Source: Centroscyllium fabricii (taxonomy: Eukaryota). From it: a stretch of 64,000 bases of DNA. The notes below the pieces were generated by a model. It made no database searches, was not told the origin of the DNA, and worked only from the letters and a program-made list of their open reading frames with translations. Numbering within the stretch: the first letter of the stretch is position 1; each line of letters begins with the position of its first letter. Positions 62,637 through 64,000 of the stretch are shown one piece after another. The stretch covers positions 78,492,001-78,556,000 of the forward strand of contig JBNRSN020000003.1 of the NCBI GenBank assembly GCA_051313645.2, read 5' to 3'. The position numbers and the translations under genes were made by a program.

Positions 62637-64000
62637 ATCATGCGCCCCCTGTACGAGGCTACCAGGGGCAAGACCGGCAAGGATGGCCTTCAGTGGTCAG
62701 CCGATATGCTTGAGGCTTTTCGCCTCACTAAGTCGGCCTTGGCTGAGGCCACTCTTTTGACCCAACCCATTCCAGGAGCTCCACTGTCGCTCACGCCAGA
62801 TGTCTCGGACCACGCCGTGGGCGTCGTTCAGCAGCAGTGGGTGGACGGTGCCTGGCAGCCCCTCGCCTTTTTTAGCCGCCAGCTACGGAAAAATGAGCAC
62901 GTTCGATCGTGAACTGCTAGCTCTTTTCCTCGTGGTACGTCATTTTCGCTTCCTTCTAGAGGGCCGTCCTTTTACGGCCTACGTGGACCATAAGCCACTC
63001 ATTTTTGCCATGTCTAAGGTCACAAAGCCTTGGTCAGATCACCAACAACGTCACCTGAATTTCATTTCTGAATTTACAATGGATATTCGCCACGTGTCCG
63101 GTAAAGATAATGTCGTTGCGGACAGCCTGTCCTGTCCTTCTCTCAACGCTGTCCACGTTGGTGTTGACTATGCTGAAATGGCACGCGCCCAGCGAGCAGA
63201 CACTGAGCTGCAGGCTGTTCGTGCCGCGGCCACCAGCCTGACCCTGACAGACGTCCATTTTCACGACGCCGGCACGACCCTTTTGTGTGACGTGTCCGTC
63301 CCCACCCCCAGGCTGTTGGTGCCTACCTCCTGGCGCAGGCGCATTTTCCAGTTGGTCCATGGCCTCTCACACCCGGGAAAGCGGGCTTCTCAGAAGCTCA
63401 TGTCCGCCAAGTTCATTTGGCCAGGCCTGCATAAAGACGTGCGCGACTGGACTAATGCCTGCCAGCGCGCCAAGGTCCATCGACATACCAAGGCCCTTTT
63501 GGAAGATTTTCCGGTGCCCGAGCGGCGCTTTGATCATATCTATGTTGACCTGGTGGGCCCATTGCCCCCATCGCAGGGTTTCACCCATCTCCTCACTGTC
63601 GTAGACCGCACCACTAGGTGGCCAGAGGTTGTACCTCTTTCTTCCACTACTGCGGTCAATGTCGCTCGTGCCTTCATTTTTTCTTGGGTGGCCCGTTTCG
63701 GGGTACCGTCGGACATCACTTCTGACAGGGGCCCGCAGTTCACCTCTCAGCTCTGGAACGCAGTTGCCTCTGGTCTAGGTACGCAAGTGCACCACGCAAA
63801 TGCATACCACCCACAGTCGAATGGCATTTGCGAACGCTTCCACCGCGCCCTCAAGGCCTCACTCCGAGCTAGTCTGGTTGATGCCAATTGGCTAGACAAG
63901 CTACCTTGGGTTTTGCTTGGGTTGCGATCTGCACCCAAGGACGACCTTGGCACTTCATCTGCAGAACTCGTTTTTGGACAGCCGTTGCGTGTTCCAGGAG

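Larger units (their letters stand above)
60224..64000 (+). mobile_element. Gypsy/Ty3 LTR retrotransposon, decayed gag-pol, runs off the window
   Basis: gag LPTFWEHQAATWFIQTEAQF; protease FLCDTGAQLS; RT FSKIDLVRGYHQVP..MPFGLKNA..YLDD; RNase H WQPLAFFSRQL..DHKPL; integrase VDLVGPLP, SDRGPQFTS, YHPQSNGICERFHR; several stops and frameshifts. Confidence 0.95.

Overview
This is eukaryotic, repeat-dense intronic DNA, most likely from an elasmobranch (shark or ray), judged from HE1/V-SINEs, SacSINE1/Deu-SINEs and abundant CR1 LINEs. The only host gene I can support is ZCCHC7 on the minus strand: two zinc-knuckle exons, 32829-32999 and 28781-28816, with a 140-N gap between them. Nearly all other ORFs in the track are transposon remnants or noise. 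Nested elements include CR1, L2, L1, RTE, Penelope (with hammerhead ribozymes and fold-back ends), a Gypsy LTR element, a solo LTR, PIF/Harbinger elements and TA-flanked Tigger/pogo-like MITEs. The most unusual object is a ~3.3-kb single-ORF APE-RT LINE at 41514-44803 (minus strand). It starts with a tRNA-like A/B-box head, has no TTTT Pol III terminator anywhere on its sense strand, has no in-frame AUG before the end of its endonuclease domain, and has a matching bipartite SINE at 12809-13298. It is a candidate Pol III-transcribed, AUG-independently translated autonomous retrotransposon. Also notable are a transposase-less Harbinger element with an intact spliced MADF-BESS gene (3333-6137) plus its MITE (9630-10231), and MITEs loaded with NRF1/YY1-type motifs. 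All coordinates were read by eye, and family names come from motif recognition, not database searches.
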